Positions 36,170 to 54,342 of a stretch of DNA of 64,000 nucleotides are shown in pieces; within the stretch, counting starts at the first letter, position 1; the number at the start of each line of letters is the position of its first letter. Location: sequence record OR608733.1; one strand, 5' to 3'. The notes beneath the pieces are model-generated. The model did not search any database. It was not told the origin of the DNA and saw only the letters and a list, made by a program, of their open reading frames with translations. Position numbers and translations under genes: made by a program.

Positions 36170-37153
36170 TTAATCGAATACAAGACCACTACTAGTTGCT
36201 TGGTCATCCACATCTAGAGTAGACTGACGCTTACGCATATTAGCTTTGGCTCGATTCATCATTTCACGACGTTCTTCTAATCGCTTACGAATATCTTCAA
36301 TAGATAGGCCATTGATCACAAAATGCATTTGATCGAAATCATATTTTTCAGGATCAGCATAACCAGTAGTACGAGTTAGAACTGTACTAATTGATACATC
36401 GCGATCAGGATCAGTGTATAGTGAAGCAATAGAAATTGGATCCAGAATAGCCTGAGCTTCTTGACGATCGAAACACACGTGTAATTGGACAGTCTGTACA
36501 GGTACATCATGGTGCTTATGGAAGTGTGCCCAGTTAGTGATATCCATTAGATCAAGACTTTGGTGTTCTTGATTAAATAGAATTACTAGTGCATTTAGTA
36601 CTTCAAGAATGTTTTGGTTCACCATTGATTGCGGTATACCTTCAACATTCTCATGATAGTTAATAATCATCGGAACTTTACTAACAGAGGAAACCCCTTC
36701 AAAAGTCTTAAGGCTACCACTGCTATTACGAAGACTAATATCACTGTCGTAAGATCCAATGACCACACTTACAACTACTTCACCTTGTTGTTGTAGATGA
36801 CTAACAAGAGAAGGACCAATGGTTGAACCAGAAGCACCACCCATTGAGTATACCACGATGTTAGTATCCCCTGCTGGGAAATGATGGGCAATGGCAGGAA
36901 TATGTGCAGAGATTAGTTCTGCGGCTGCCTTACGATCTTTACCCATACCGATAGCACGTTTACGTGCAGTCTGGTCAGCTAGCTTAGTATCCGCTTCAAT
37001 AATGATCGTATTATCGTCAGTATTGTGTTTGTGTTTATTCTGTACACTGGTATCAATGTAGCAAACATCCTCATGATAACCATGGAATAGTTCACCAATA
37101 CGGAAACCAGCACCACCACAAAAGTAAATTCGAGTTTTTACTTTAGACATCAT
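36170..37153 (-). CDS. phuZ: PhuZ phage tubulin (gp39-like)
   Basis: FCGGAG, IDTS, GMGKD and SMGGASGSTIG (tubulin signature), DLMD, acidic C-tail ending in LVFD; 327 aa. Confidence 0.96.
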   Translation of the reverse strand: MMSKVKTRIYFCGGAGFRIGELFHGYHEDVCYIDTSVQNKHKHNTDDNTIIIEADTKLADQTARKRAIGMGKDRKAAAELISAHIPAIAHHFPAGDTNIVVYSMGGASGSTIGPSLVSHLQQQGEVVVSVVIGSYDSDISLRNSSGSLKTFEGVSSVSKVPMIINYHENVEGIPQSMVNQNILEVLNALVILFNQEHQSLDLMDITNWAHFHKHHDVPVQTVQLHVCFDRQEAQAILDPISIASLYTDPDRDVSISTVLTRTTGYADPEKYDFDQMHFVINGLSIEDIRKRLEERREMMNRAKANMRKRQSTLDVDDQATSSGLVFD

Positions 37154-37203
37154 TACACCTCATTGTGATTAATATAATTTCATATACCAACTTGTAAATG
37201 GTA

Positions 37204-37716
37204 TCAGTGCTTAAAAGTAACGATCTCTTCATGAGTTCGTTCTTGATGAACAATTAATTCATTAACCACTTTACCAGTATCAGATTTAAATTCGATTACC
37301 ATCTTATCTCGACACATGTATGTTTGCCAAGTACCACCAGACTTAACACAATCAATAATCATGTTAAGTACATTCTTAACTTCAATCTTACTAACTTTAT
37401 AACGATAAACGTTTAGAAGTTCAGTAAGCCATTTCGTTTTTGGGATTTTGGCATTTTTACGTTCTTTTGAAATATCAAAAGGAATTAGTGCAATGATCTC
37501 ACCATCTTTGTTGGTGAATTCAAATACCATTCCTTTTGAGTTAGCTAAAGGACGAATGTTGTAATTGCCTTTAGCACTACATACTTCTTCAGATAACTTA
37601 ACTAACCTATCTAGTTGAACATCAGATGCATGAATGTTATCTTCTTTAAATGCTTTCTTTAGCTCATCATGAGTTAGTGGAGTACGTACTAGAGTGTAAT
37701 CTTTCTGTTCAGACAT
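37204..37716 (-). CDS. Hypothetical protein with an internal two-fold repeat
   Basis: 170 aa; MVFEFTNKDGEII and MVIEFKSDTGKVV look like duplicated units. Confidence 0.78.
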   Translation of the reverse strand: MSEQKDYTLVRTPLTHDELKKAFKEDNIHASDVQLDRLVKLSEEVCSAKGNYNIRPLANSKGMVFEFTNKDGEIIALIPFDISKERKNAKIPKTKWLTELLNVYRYKVSKIEVKNVLNMIIDCVKSGGTWQTYMCRDKMVIEFKSDTGKVVNELIVHQERTHEEIVTFKH

Positions 37717-37963
37717 TTTTCATTTTTTCCAATTTTTCTATTTTCAAATTAAACGGTATTGGCTCTTTATAGCCAATCCCTTATTACTAAAAGTATTAGA
37801 TTCTCGAACTAAGGATAGGTTATACCCCATCTCTAATAATAAGGAATATTATATGGGACCCCCCCAAAGGGTCCCCCCCACATAATATACTATTTATATA
37901 ATTTTCTTTTTAGAAGAAAAGAGATAAATAAGAGAAATACAGTCTATTAAAGTAATGAATTTC

Positions 37964-38803
37964 TCAAAAATTAAATAGTACACCGCCCACAAATTTCGCC
38001 GGAAGGTCCTGCCGGACAACTGTCCGGATGTGCGAGAGTAGTGGGTTTTTCAAAAATACCTGCATTGCAGTTGAATTGAGTGGTTGATTGTAACGTACGA
38101 TCTTAATGGTAAATAGAACTTCCTCAACATCTGGATGGCATCCTTCAAAACTAAAATATACTTCAGTCCGATCAATAAACTGATACATTTCTACAGCTGG
38201 TTCAGCTGGATCTTTAAAGGCCAGCTTATTAGCGAAATAATCAGTATGGGCTAGAATTAATTCTTTTACATTAATTGCATTCTTCTTATCAACAAGGAAT
38301 TCAAACTCTTCAAGGTTATCTGTTTTGAAAATACCTTGATAAGATGACGACTCGATTAGTTCATCACTGATATCATCAACATGAACGCCTGGCATAAATT
38401 CAATGACTGGTAGAATAAGCTTGTTACCTCCTACGCCGTCAGCGATATGAATTCCAATCACATTACCATCACTAATGTATTCGTCATCACCGCAAATAAC
38501 GGCGCCGGCCGCTAGATATAAATTATCAACATATTTCAGATTATCGGCAATAATGCGGGATAGCACATATTCTCGCACCATGGCATCATCTGGACTTGAC
38601 TGCGGTTTAAAAGTATAGTGGGTGTTATGACTACTCATGGTCGCACATGTAACAAAAACTGAAATATCTACTGGATTAAATACCCAATGAACGGAGATAT
38701 CCTCTAATTTATGTGGATGATGTAAACCATCTAGCTTAGATAGGGCTTGGAGTTGTTCTTCCCAGGTAATGTTAAATTGAGTCATTTTTTCTAACCTCTT
38801 CAT
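37964..38803 (-). CDS. dip: Dip, RNA degradosome (RNase E) interacting protein (gp37-like)
   Basis: Sequence recognised as phiKZ Dip (MTQFNITWEEQLQALSKLDGLHHPHKLEDISVHWVFNPVD...); two genes upstream of phuZ. Confidence 0.85.
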   Translation of the reverse strand: MKRLEKMTQFNITWEEQLQALSKLDGLHHPHKLEDISVHWVFNPVDISVFVTCATMSSHNTHYTFKPQSSPDDAMVREYVLSRIIADNLKYVDNLYLAAGAVICGDDEYISDGNVIGIHIADGVGGNKLILPVIEFMPGVHVDDISDELIESSSYQGIFKTDNLEEFEFLVDKKNAINVKELILAHTDYFANKLAFKDPAEPAVEMYQFIDRTEVYFSFEGCHPDVEEVLFTIKIVRYNQPLNSTAMQVFLKNPLLSHIRTVVRQDLPAKFVGGVLFNF

Positions 38804-38821
38804 TTATTAAAAATAATACAC

Positions 38822-39634
38822 TTATTTTACTTTAGCAGTTGATACTTCACATACATTAACTAATTGTTCAAATAACGGTTCGTTATCTGGATCATTAACT
38901 AATTTTGATGTATTAATAATAATACCAGAATACAGCATATCGGTTACGTCTCGATCACTTGTTTTGCTGGTTACACCTTCCCACTTCCATCCATAGTAAA
39001 TTAAATCAAATGATGAACCAATGTTAAAGATTAATTGAATAAATTTGCATGTACCATTTTCTTTTAACCAATCAGGTCTATATGGTTCATTTTTATAAAA
39101 TTCATGCATGAGCACTTTAAAATCAGTTTTAATGTTTTCATGAATAATGCAATCAATAGAATTAAGAGCTTCATCAAGAGCTGATTTAGACTCAATAATG
39201 ATTTCTGATACATTGGCAGATTTTAGTGTAATCATGCCTAGTTCATCTGAGTGTGCTCTTCCGATTTGAAATACATTGAGCTTACCAATTGGTAAGGTGG
39301 CTTTTAATGGCAGATTAGTATAGTGAGATACATCGCTTTTATAACTGTCTTCATATGACTCAATTAAATTAAGCCATGCTCTTTCAATACGTGTATTCTC
39401 AAAATGCTGTTCTTCTTCTAGTAGTCTAGAAATTAGATGATTAATGTATTGAACATTATGGCCAGTACCTGTAATTGAATTATATTTCGTATTACCGGTA
39501 ATTCCCCATTTATTATTTTCTTTATTTATCCAACCGTAGATTACACTGTTTTTAGGATATTTATTTTTAAAATTATCGTATATTTCTTTTAGATGTGGAT
39601 TAGGGGTAAAACTAAAAGTAGTTGATTCAGTCAT
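38822..39634 (-). CDS. Hypothetical protein
   Basis: 270-aa ORF, AGGT SD, early promoter upstream. Confidence 0.78.
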   Translation of the reverse strand: MTESTTFSFTPNPHLKEIYDNFKNKYPKNSVIYGWINKENNKWGITGNTKYNSITGTGHNVQYINHLISRLLEEEQHFENTRIERAWLNLIESYEDSYKSDVSHYTNLPLKATLPIGKLNVFQIGRAHSDELGMITLKSANVSEIIIESKSALDEALNSIDCIIHENIKTDFKVLMHEFYKNEPYRPDWLKENGTCKFIQLIFNIGSSFDLIYYGWKWEGVTSKTSDRDVTDMLYSGIIINTSKLVNDPDNEPLFEQLVNVCEVSTAKVK

Positions 39635-39674
39635 TATAGATACCTATTTGAATATTGTTTATTATTGCAAATAT

Positions 39675-39699
39675 GTAATATAGATCTTAAACTTTTTTT
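39675..39699 (-). promoter_or_regulatory. Early promoter driving gp36 and dip
   Basis: Minus strand AAAAAAAGTTTAAGATCTATATTAC. Confidence 0.82.
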
Positions 39700-39737
39700 A
39701 ACTCAGCATAAAGCCTCCCCTAGGGGAGGCAATATGT

Positions 39738-40553
39738 TCATTTATCTATTTCAGCGTTTGGATCATACCAAGGTAATAAACTTAGTAATGCCGGTTGTTG
39801 TTTCTTCATATCCTCTAAGATTGTTGCTTCACTTGCACCTTCTAACATAGTGGTGAAAGTAATCATGTTCTTAGAGTTATATATCGGACGTAGACCATTA
39901 CCAAAGAATTTTACCTGTTGAACCATTATTTTGAAATCAGGGTTATCGACTACATCTGGGATATAGATAGCAGGTGGCGCACTGAAATAACGTTTAATTA
40001 ACTCAATAGCCCAATACGTTGGTAAATCACCAAACTGTGATTTCACTGTAGCTAGGTTTAATTGGAATGCTTTAGGTTCTTCAGGCGGTGGTTCCACCGG
40101 ATCAACTGGATCAGTGGGTTCTTCAGGGTCAGTAGGTTCAGTTGGCTCTTCAGGATCCTCTGGATCGCCTTCTGTTGGCTTTTCTTCAGATGTGCCACCA
40201 TCAGGGTCACCTGAACCATCATCATCTTCAACGGGCTCCTCAGGCGTTTCTATAGGCTCCTTCGGATCTTCCTGATTCTCCGATAGATCGGGCTCTTCTG
40301 ATTCCCCATCTCCATTTGCTTCAGTAGAAGACGTGTCTTCTGATTCTTCATCTGTTGTCGAGTCAGTTGCGGCTGTGTTTTCTGAATCGGCAGTGGTATT
40401 TTCATTTTCACTTGATTCAGTAGAAACAATTTCAGTAGGAGTGGTTTCAAGTTCATTGACACTATCCTCTGCATTAGTTACTTCATTAGGGATTTCACTA
40501 ATTTCTAATAATGTTACTGGTGCACTTACTGCGCGAGCTTTTCGTTTAGCCAT
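39738..40553 (-). CDS. Highly acidic, Pro-rich low-complexity protein (gp35-like)
   Basis: Basic N-terminus MAKRKAR, a long E/D/S/T/P tract (EEPTEPTDPEEPTDPVDPVEPPPEE) and a folded C-terminal domain. Confidence 0.82.
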   Translation of the reverse strand: MAKRKARAVSAPVTLLEISEIPNEVTNAEDSVNELETTPTEIVSTESSENENTTADSENTAATDSTTDEESEDTSSTEANGDGESEEPDLSENQEDPKEPIETPEEPVEDDDGSGDPDGGTSEEKPTEGDPEDPEEPTEPTDPEEPTDPVDPVEPPPEEPKAFQLNLATVKSQFGDLPTYWAIELIKRYFSAPPAIYIPDVVDNPDFKIMVQQVKFFGNGLRPIYNSKNMITFTTMLEGASEATILEDMKKQQPALLSLLPWYDPNAEIDK

Positions 40554-40562
40554 GGTTGTACC

Positions 40563-41342
<780 letters not shown>

Positions 41343-41428
41343 CTACAATTATATTTGAGTTATTGTACTACAGATGATAAAAGAGAAAATACATCATAAG
41401 CCCTCTCCATAAGGAGAGGGTATTATAT

Positions 41429-41632
41429 TTACATAGTGTTAAAACACGCATTAAATTTAGATAAAGAGCAACCAGTATAAATTAATGATTGCTCTAGTTG
41501 TATGATGACATCGCCATTACTATCAAAATCAGCAGCAACAAAAGTAGATTCAGTTATCTTAAAAGTAGATGGCAACATTTCTAAATAATTAAATATTGCT
41601 TGATTATCGATGTCATGAGGATTTAAATCCAT
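41429..41632 (-). CDS. Small hypothetical protein
   Basis: 67-aa ORF, AGGT SD, terminator follows. Confidence 0.65.
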   Translation of the reverse strand: MDLNPHDIDNQAIFNYLEMLPSTFKITESTFVAADFDSNGDVIIQLEQSLIYTGCSLSKFNACFNTM

Positions 41633-41639
41633 ATGTTAC

Positions 41640-42509
41640 CTATACATAGATAGTTATGGACCAAATATTAACAGGGCTGCATAAGACAATTGTGATTAAA
41701 TCTCCATGAGTTCTCTGATAATGGTTGGAACACATAACTTTGATTAACTTTAATTTTTTAGTTTCTTTATTTTGAATTTCTTTGATAAGTGATTCAATAA
41801 GATCAGTAGTAATAAGTGAATGACCATCAATAAATGGTTTTATACTTACTAGCGAATCTTTGTTAAATAGAATTGCATCATCATATTCACATGTAGATGC
41901 GGTCTTGTATATGGATGCAACTTTATTAACTTTGTCATTAGTGACTATAGAAAAATTAAATTCACTCTTAGTTTTACTCAACGATGTTTCAAATAATTTA
42001 TATTTATCAATAATAGTTTTATTATCAATAAATGATTTCATTCCAATATTTAAATCTATGTCCAGGGTATAAGAGTTATGTATTAATCCAACTGATAGTT
42101 GAGTTTCATTACCACTATTGTTAAACTTAATATTATTAACTGAACATATCTGATTATTAATAAACGATAATAATAGTTTAGAAATAGTTTTAATAACATT
42201 AACTTCATAATCATTATTAGTACAAGCAAGTGCAGTTGTCATGTATCGACTAACTTGACCAACATCTAGTTTCTGATAGGGATTATCACTATCTATCCAT
42301 GGGTCAATAGTTAAATTAATCCTTAGACTAGCTAGAATATCAGAAGATGTTTCAGAATAAATGAAAAACACATTATTGTTAAGATCATCTTTTAGCCAAC
42401 CACTAGTTCTAAGATTTTCTAGATCTTTTTCATTAGATACCGATTGACTTAATTGCTGAATTAAACTAGGGTTAGCTAGGTTTAATAAACTAATCATTTT
42501 ATAAACCAT
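41640..42509 (-). CDS. Hypothetical Asn/Ile/Lys-rich protein
   Basis: 289-aa ORF with GAGGA SD. Confidence 0.75.
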   Translation of the reverse strand: MVYKMISLLNLANPSLIQQLSQSVSNEKDLENLRTSGWLKDDLNNNVFFIYSETSSDILASLRINLTIDPWIDSDNPYQKLDVGQVSRYMTTALACTNNDYEVNVIKTISKLLLSFINNQICSVNNIKFNNSGNETQLSVGLIHNSYTLDIDLNIGMKSFIDNKTIIDKYKLFETSLSKTKSEFNFSIVTNDKVNKVASIYKTASTCEYDDAILFNKDSLVSIKPFIDGHSLITTDLIESLIKEIQNKETKKLKLIKVMCSNHYQRTHGDLITIVLCSPVNIWSITIYV

Positions 42510-42563
42510 TTTATTATCCTCTAATTTATGTAATTACATGGAATAAATAACATAAGTACTTTT

Positions 42564-43838
42564 ATGACTTATGATTTGATTCTCCAGGAGGTTTTCCCAA
42601 TGGCAACTATTAAAGAAGTCCTTGATAGAAATTTTAAGGATGTTCAATTTGATCGCGATTTATGTAAAAGAATTATTGACTTTACTATCAGTTTTATGAA
42701 TAGGAATGCTGATCACTCTGCTTTCTTTGGTGGTGTATTACTAGGTGTACAACAAGTTAAATTCTTCGATACGGATCGTGAGATTTGGTATGATGATGTT
42801 TTACGAATTGATGAAGCGCTGTTAGTCCAAGATTTTAAGTCAGTTGAATTCATTGACCCTAACCATCGTGTAATGTCAGATGTATTCAATCATCTTCCTG
42901 CCTATATTTGTTCTAGGCTTTTAAAAACAACTAATGTTCCTTTGAATATTAGACATGAAGCAATGGTTAGTTGTTTCATGGTGTTGCATTTTAAATATCT
43001 AACATCTTTACTTGTACCACGCTTTAAATATCCTGCACGTAAAGAAGTAGCCGAAGCTGCATTCGCCGCACTCAATTATCGATTTGACATTAAGACAATT
43101 GGGTCATGGGAGAAACTATTTAGGCAACGGGCTGAAGGTATCATTGCACCTGATTCTATTTATGCACCTTTCTTAACTGGTAAAACACAAGAACTGGATT
43201 ATTGGTCTGGTCGTGTGGTATCTGATACTCAAACACGTCTACGTGAATTAATCAACAAGTACTATGATGTTTATATCAGAACACTGCAATCAGGTGGTAA
43301 ATTAGTTATTTCATCGGATATGGCTGTTAATTCTGATGGTGAGCAGATTCTACGCGATAAGTCTACTGGGTATCGCTCATATCTTACTTATATCCATCAA
43401 GTTGCGCAACAAGAACAAAATTTCATTAGACCTGAGCTAGTCGGTATTATTGAAAAGATAATGCCCACAATGCCTCCAGAAATGTTCATGGCAACGCTTA
43501 GACACCTTTCCCGTAACATCGGTCAACCTAGAGCACAAAAGCTTGAGAAACTCGTAGATGAGTGCTTATTGTATGCTTTCGATTATATGCAATCACTCCG
43601 TACAATGGTTGCTAGAAATAATGATCTACAAACATTGCTTGTAAAAATACGAGCAAAGATAATGGCATCTAAAACAGAAAATGCTCAAGTTATTTTCATG
43701 CGTGAAGAAGGTGAGAAGTTAGTTAGGGATGCGACTAATTCTAGGGTACCTGCATATATCGCAGCAACTAGGACTGGGTTGATGTTGTATTTAATTCTAC
43801 GTGCTATGACTAAGAATTACTATACAAAAACAAAATAA
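42564..43838 (+). CDS. Conserved core protein, probably virion structural (gp32-like)
   Basis: 424-aa ORF; AGGAGG before ATG 42600 suggests the true start is MATIKE. Confidence 0.82.
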   Translation: MTYDLILQEVFPMATIKEVLDRNFKDVQFDRDLCKRIIDFTISFMNRNADHSAFFGGVLLGVQQVKFFDTDREIWYDDVLRIDEALLVQDFKSVEFIDPNHRVMSDVFNHLPAYICSRLLKTTNVPLNIRHEAMVSCFMVLHFKYLTSLLVPRFKYPARKEVAEAAFAALNYRFDIKTIGSWEKLFRQRAEGIIAPDSIYAPFLTGKTQELDYWSGRVVSDTQTRLRELINKYYDVYIRTLQSGGKLVISSDMAVNSDGEQILRDKSTGYRSYLTYIHQVAQQEQNFIRPELVGIIEKIMPTMPPEMFMATLRHLSRNIGQPRAQKLEKLVDECLLYAFDYMQSLRTMVARNNDLQTLLVKIRAKIMASKTENAQVIFMREEGEKLVRDATNSRVPAYIAATRTGLMLYLILRAMTKNYYTKTK

Positions 43839-43872
43839 ACATAATGCCCTCCCGCAATGGGAGGGCTTATGC
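43839..43872. terminator. Bidirectional terminator
   Basis: GCCCTCCC-GCAAT-GGGAGGGC at a convergent junction. Confidence 0.82.
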
Positions 43873-43884
43873 TGTTAAGTAACA

Positions 43885-44247
43885 TTAGCTAGATTGATCA
43901 TTACATAAATTTTTCAGAGCATCGTAAATAGCCACATAAGTAAAAATAGTTAAACTATCTTTAATTTCCTTACGCGGGGTACCACTGAATCCACCCCATG
44001 ATACATTTGTATTACTAACGCATACAGTGCTAATAGCTGGCTCATGATAGCCACCATCCACTTTACGCTTTGCATAAACCTTAGCCGTAATTTCTCCACG
44101 TAACTTTTTGAAGAAAACTAGAGCACCCGGAACGACTATACGTTTATTACCAATCTTCGTAATAAATTCTTTACGATTAGTAAAGTGCTCTTTTAATAAA
44201 TCATTAATAATTTTAGTTAAACTATCAATTTCATTCTTCATCGACAC
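43885..44247 (-). CDS. Hypothetical protein
   Basis: 120-aa ORF with AAGGA SD. Confidence 0.72.
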   Translation of the reverse strand: MSMKNEIDSLTKIINDLLKEHFTNRKEFITKIGNKRIVVPGALVFFKKLRGEITAKVYAKRKVDGGYHEPAISTVCVSNTNVSWGGFSGTPRKEIKDSLTIFTYVAIYDALKNLCNDQSS

Positions 44248-45434
44248 GTTGTTAGTTCCTTACAAATAAACTTGATAACGTGATCACTTACAAATTTCAA
44301 TGGACCAGAACAATTAGATTTCTCAATAGCGGTTTCAGTGTATGAAATTATTTGATTTCCACTTAAGGATAATGAATCAAATAATTCATAAGAGTTATTA
44401 TTTTTATTCTTAAAGGATACTGCATATTGACTATTTTCACTATTGATGCAAAATAGGTTAATAGCTGGGATAGATACAGAGTTATCTGAAGTATGGCTAT
44501 TTTCCGTAATATTCCAATTACTGTATACAGTGAAAATATTTGCAGCTAGTAAAAGGTTGGCATTAACCGTTTCTAAACTAACATACTCCACAGAAGTACC
44601 TTTATGCCAATATAGTTCAATTGGATTAACCCAAGTATACCCAATGGTTTTATAGAAGGCATGCATTACATATTCTCGCCAACGTGTGGGTTTCTTATTA
44701 TCAGTTAAAACACACGTAATATTGCCTGACGGATAAATGTGGTGGATGCTACATGCATTAATTTCATCTCTAACATTAGTTGTTTCAGTAATATTAGAAT
44801 GATCCTGTTTGAATAGCCATTTTAAATGACTATTAGTTGTGTCATCACCTTCCCCATTTGCAATGTCATTTTCTAACCACTTTTCAAATGTAGCTTGTCT
44901 ATCAGGTGTTGGCATTCCCCAATAGGTAGCTAAAATGAAACGATAATAGTATCGAATAATATCATCATCGTTAAGAATATTTTTATCCAGTTTCCAGTGA
45001 TGTTGATACTCGTATACTTCGCTTGGAATATTATTTACTTGATACCATGTATTAATTAATACTTGAATTGTTAATTGCCGAATACTCTCACTTGTTAGAG
45101 TGTAATATTCCCTGCTATGCGGCTCTTCAATTGTCACTTCTTGATCAGTATAACCAATGTATTTAGGTTTACCATCGATGAGTGCAAAATTAACATTCCA
45201 TGATGTATCATTACTAAAAGTGATATTAATAAAACCTTGTTCAAAGCTAGGCTTCACTACGAAACTGACATCATCCTTCTGATATGTCATTTGCGTTAGA
45301 ATACCAAAATTAATTTTAGATGTAAATTCTTTATCGAAGTTATGTTTATAAAGTAATCCTAGTAAACAATCAATTTTATTAATAGTGTGGTTTTCTAATA
45401 ATAAATCAGTATTTGTAAGTTCATTAATTTTCAT
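44238..45434 (-). CDS. Hypothetical protein
   Basis: 398-aa ORF, GAGG SD, early promoter upstream. Confidence 0.78.
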   Translation of the reverse strand: MKINELTNTDLLLENHTINKIDCLLGLLYKHNFDKEFTSKINFGILTQMTYQKDDVSFVVKPSFEQGFINITFSNDTSWNVNFALIDGKPKYIGYTDQEVTIEEPHSREYYTLTSESIRQLTIQVLINTWYQVNNIPSEVYEYQHHWKLDKNILNDDDIIRYYYRFILATYWGMPTPDRQATFEKWLENDIANGEGDDTTNSHLKWLFKQDHSNITETTNVRDEINACSIHHIYPSGNITCVLTDNKKPTRWREYVMHAFYKTIGYTWVNPIELYWHKGTSVEYVSLETVNANLLLAANIFTVYSNWNITENSHTSDNSVSIPAINLFCINSENSQYAVSFKNKNNNSYELFDSLSLSGNQIISYTETAIEKSNCSGPLKFVSDHVIKFICKELTTCR

Positions 45435-45487
45435 TTTAACCTCTCTAAAATTTACAATCTAGTTTTACTTATTGAATAAGCAAACAT

Positions 45488-45512
45488 GTAATATATATCT
45501 TAATTATTTTTT
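45488..45512 (-). promoter_or_regulatory. Early promoter
   Basis: Minus strand AAAAAATAATTAAGATATATATTAC. Confidence 0.82.
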
Positions 45513-45561
45513 AGCATAGTTTTTAACAACATAAAGCCTCCCCGAAGGGAGGCGATATGCT

Positions 45562-45743
45562 TTAGCTTTTTTGGTTAGTACCGACAGTCTGCTCATTCTT
45601 TTCAGTTTGAGCATTTCGCCGAAGTTGACTAACCAGACCATTGCCAGCCGCAACTACATCGGGAGAAAAGAATGCATTGATATCAAAGTTCTGATCTTGG
45701 TTGCGAGTCTTCCCAGGTGGGACCATCGGATATACTTTTGCCA

Positions 45744-45744
<1 letters not shown>
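45562..45744 (-). CDS. Small protein translationally coupled to the tail tube gene
   Basis: TAATG stop-start overlap with the tube gene, AGGA SD inside the tube 3' end, terminator at 45530-45558 right after its stop. Confidence 0.65.
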
Positions 45745-46625
<881 letters not shown>

Positions 46626-46656
46626 TTAACTTTTCCTCATTCTGAAAGCCACCCAC

Positions 46657-48795
<2,139 letters not shown>

Positions 48796-48872
48796 CTAAC
48801 AGTCAATCATAGATATTAATCATAGTTGACCATACTAGTTATTTTTTACTATCCATTTAAGGAGTAGCGGTA

Positions 48873-54203
<5,331 letters not shown>

Positions 54204-54342
54204 ATATACTGCCCCCTAGGAACCACCTAGGGGGCTTTATAACGTCTTTTAACACATTATCCATATGAGACTATACTTTACAATTGCCGTTCAATACGGC
54301 TTTATTATGGCACATTAAAATAAGTACCTTAAAGGGCAGTGT

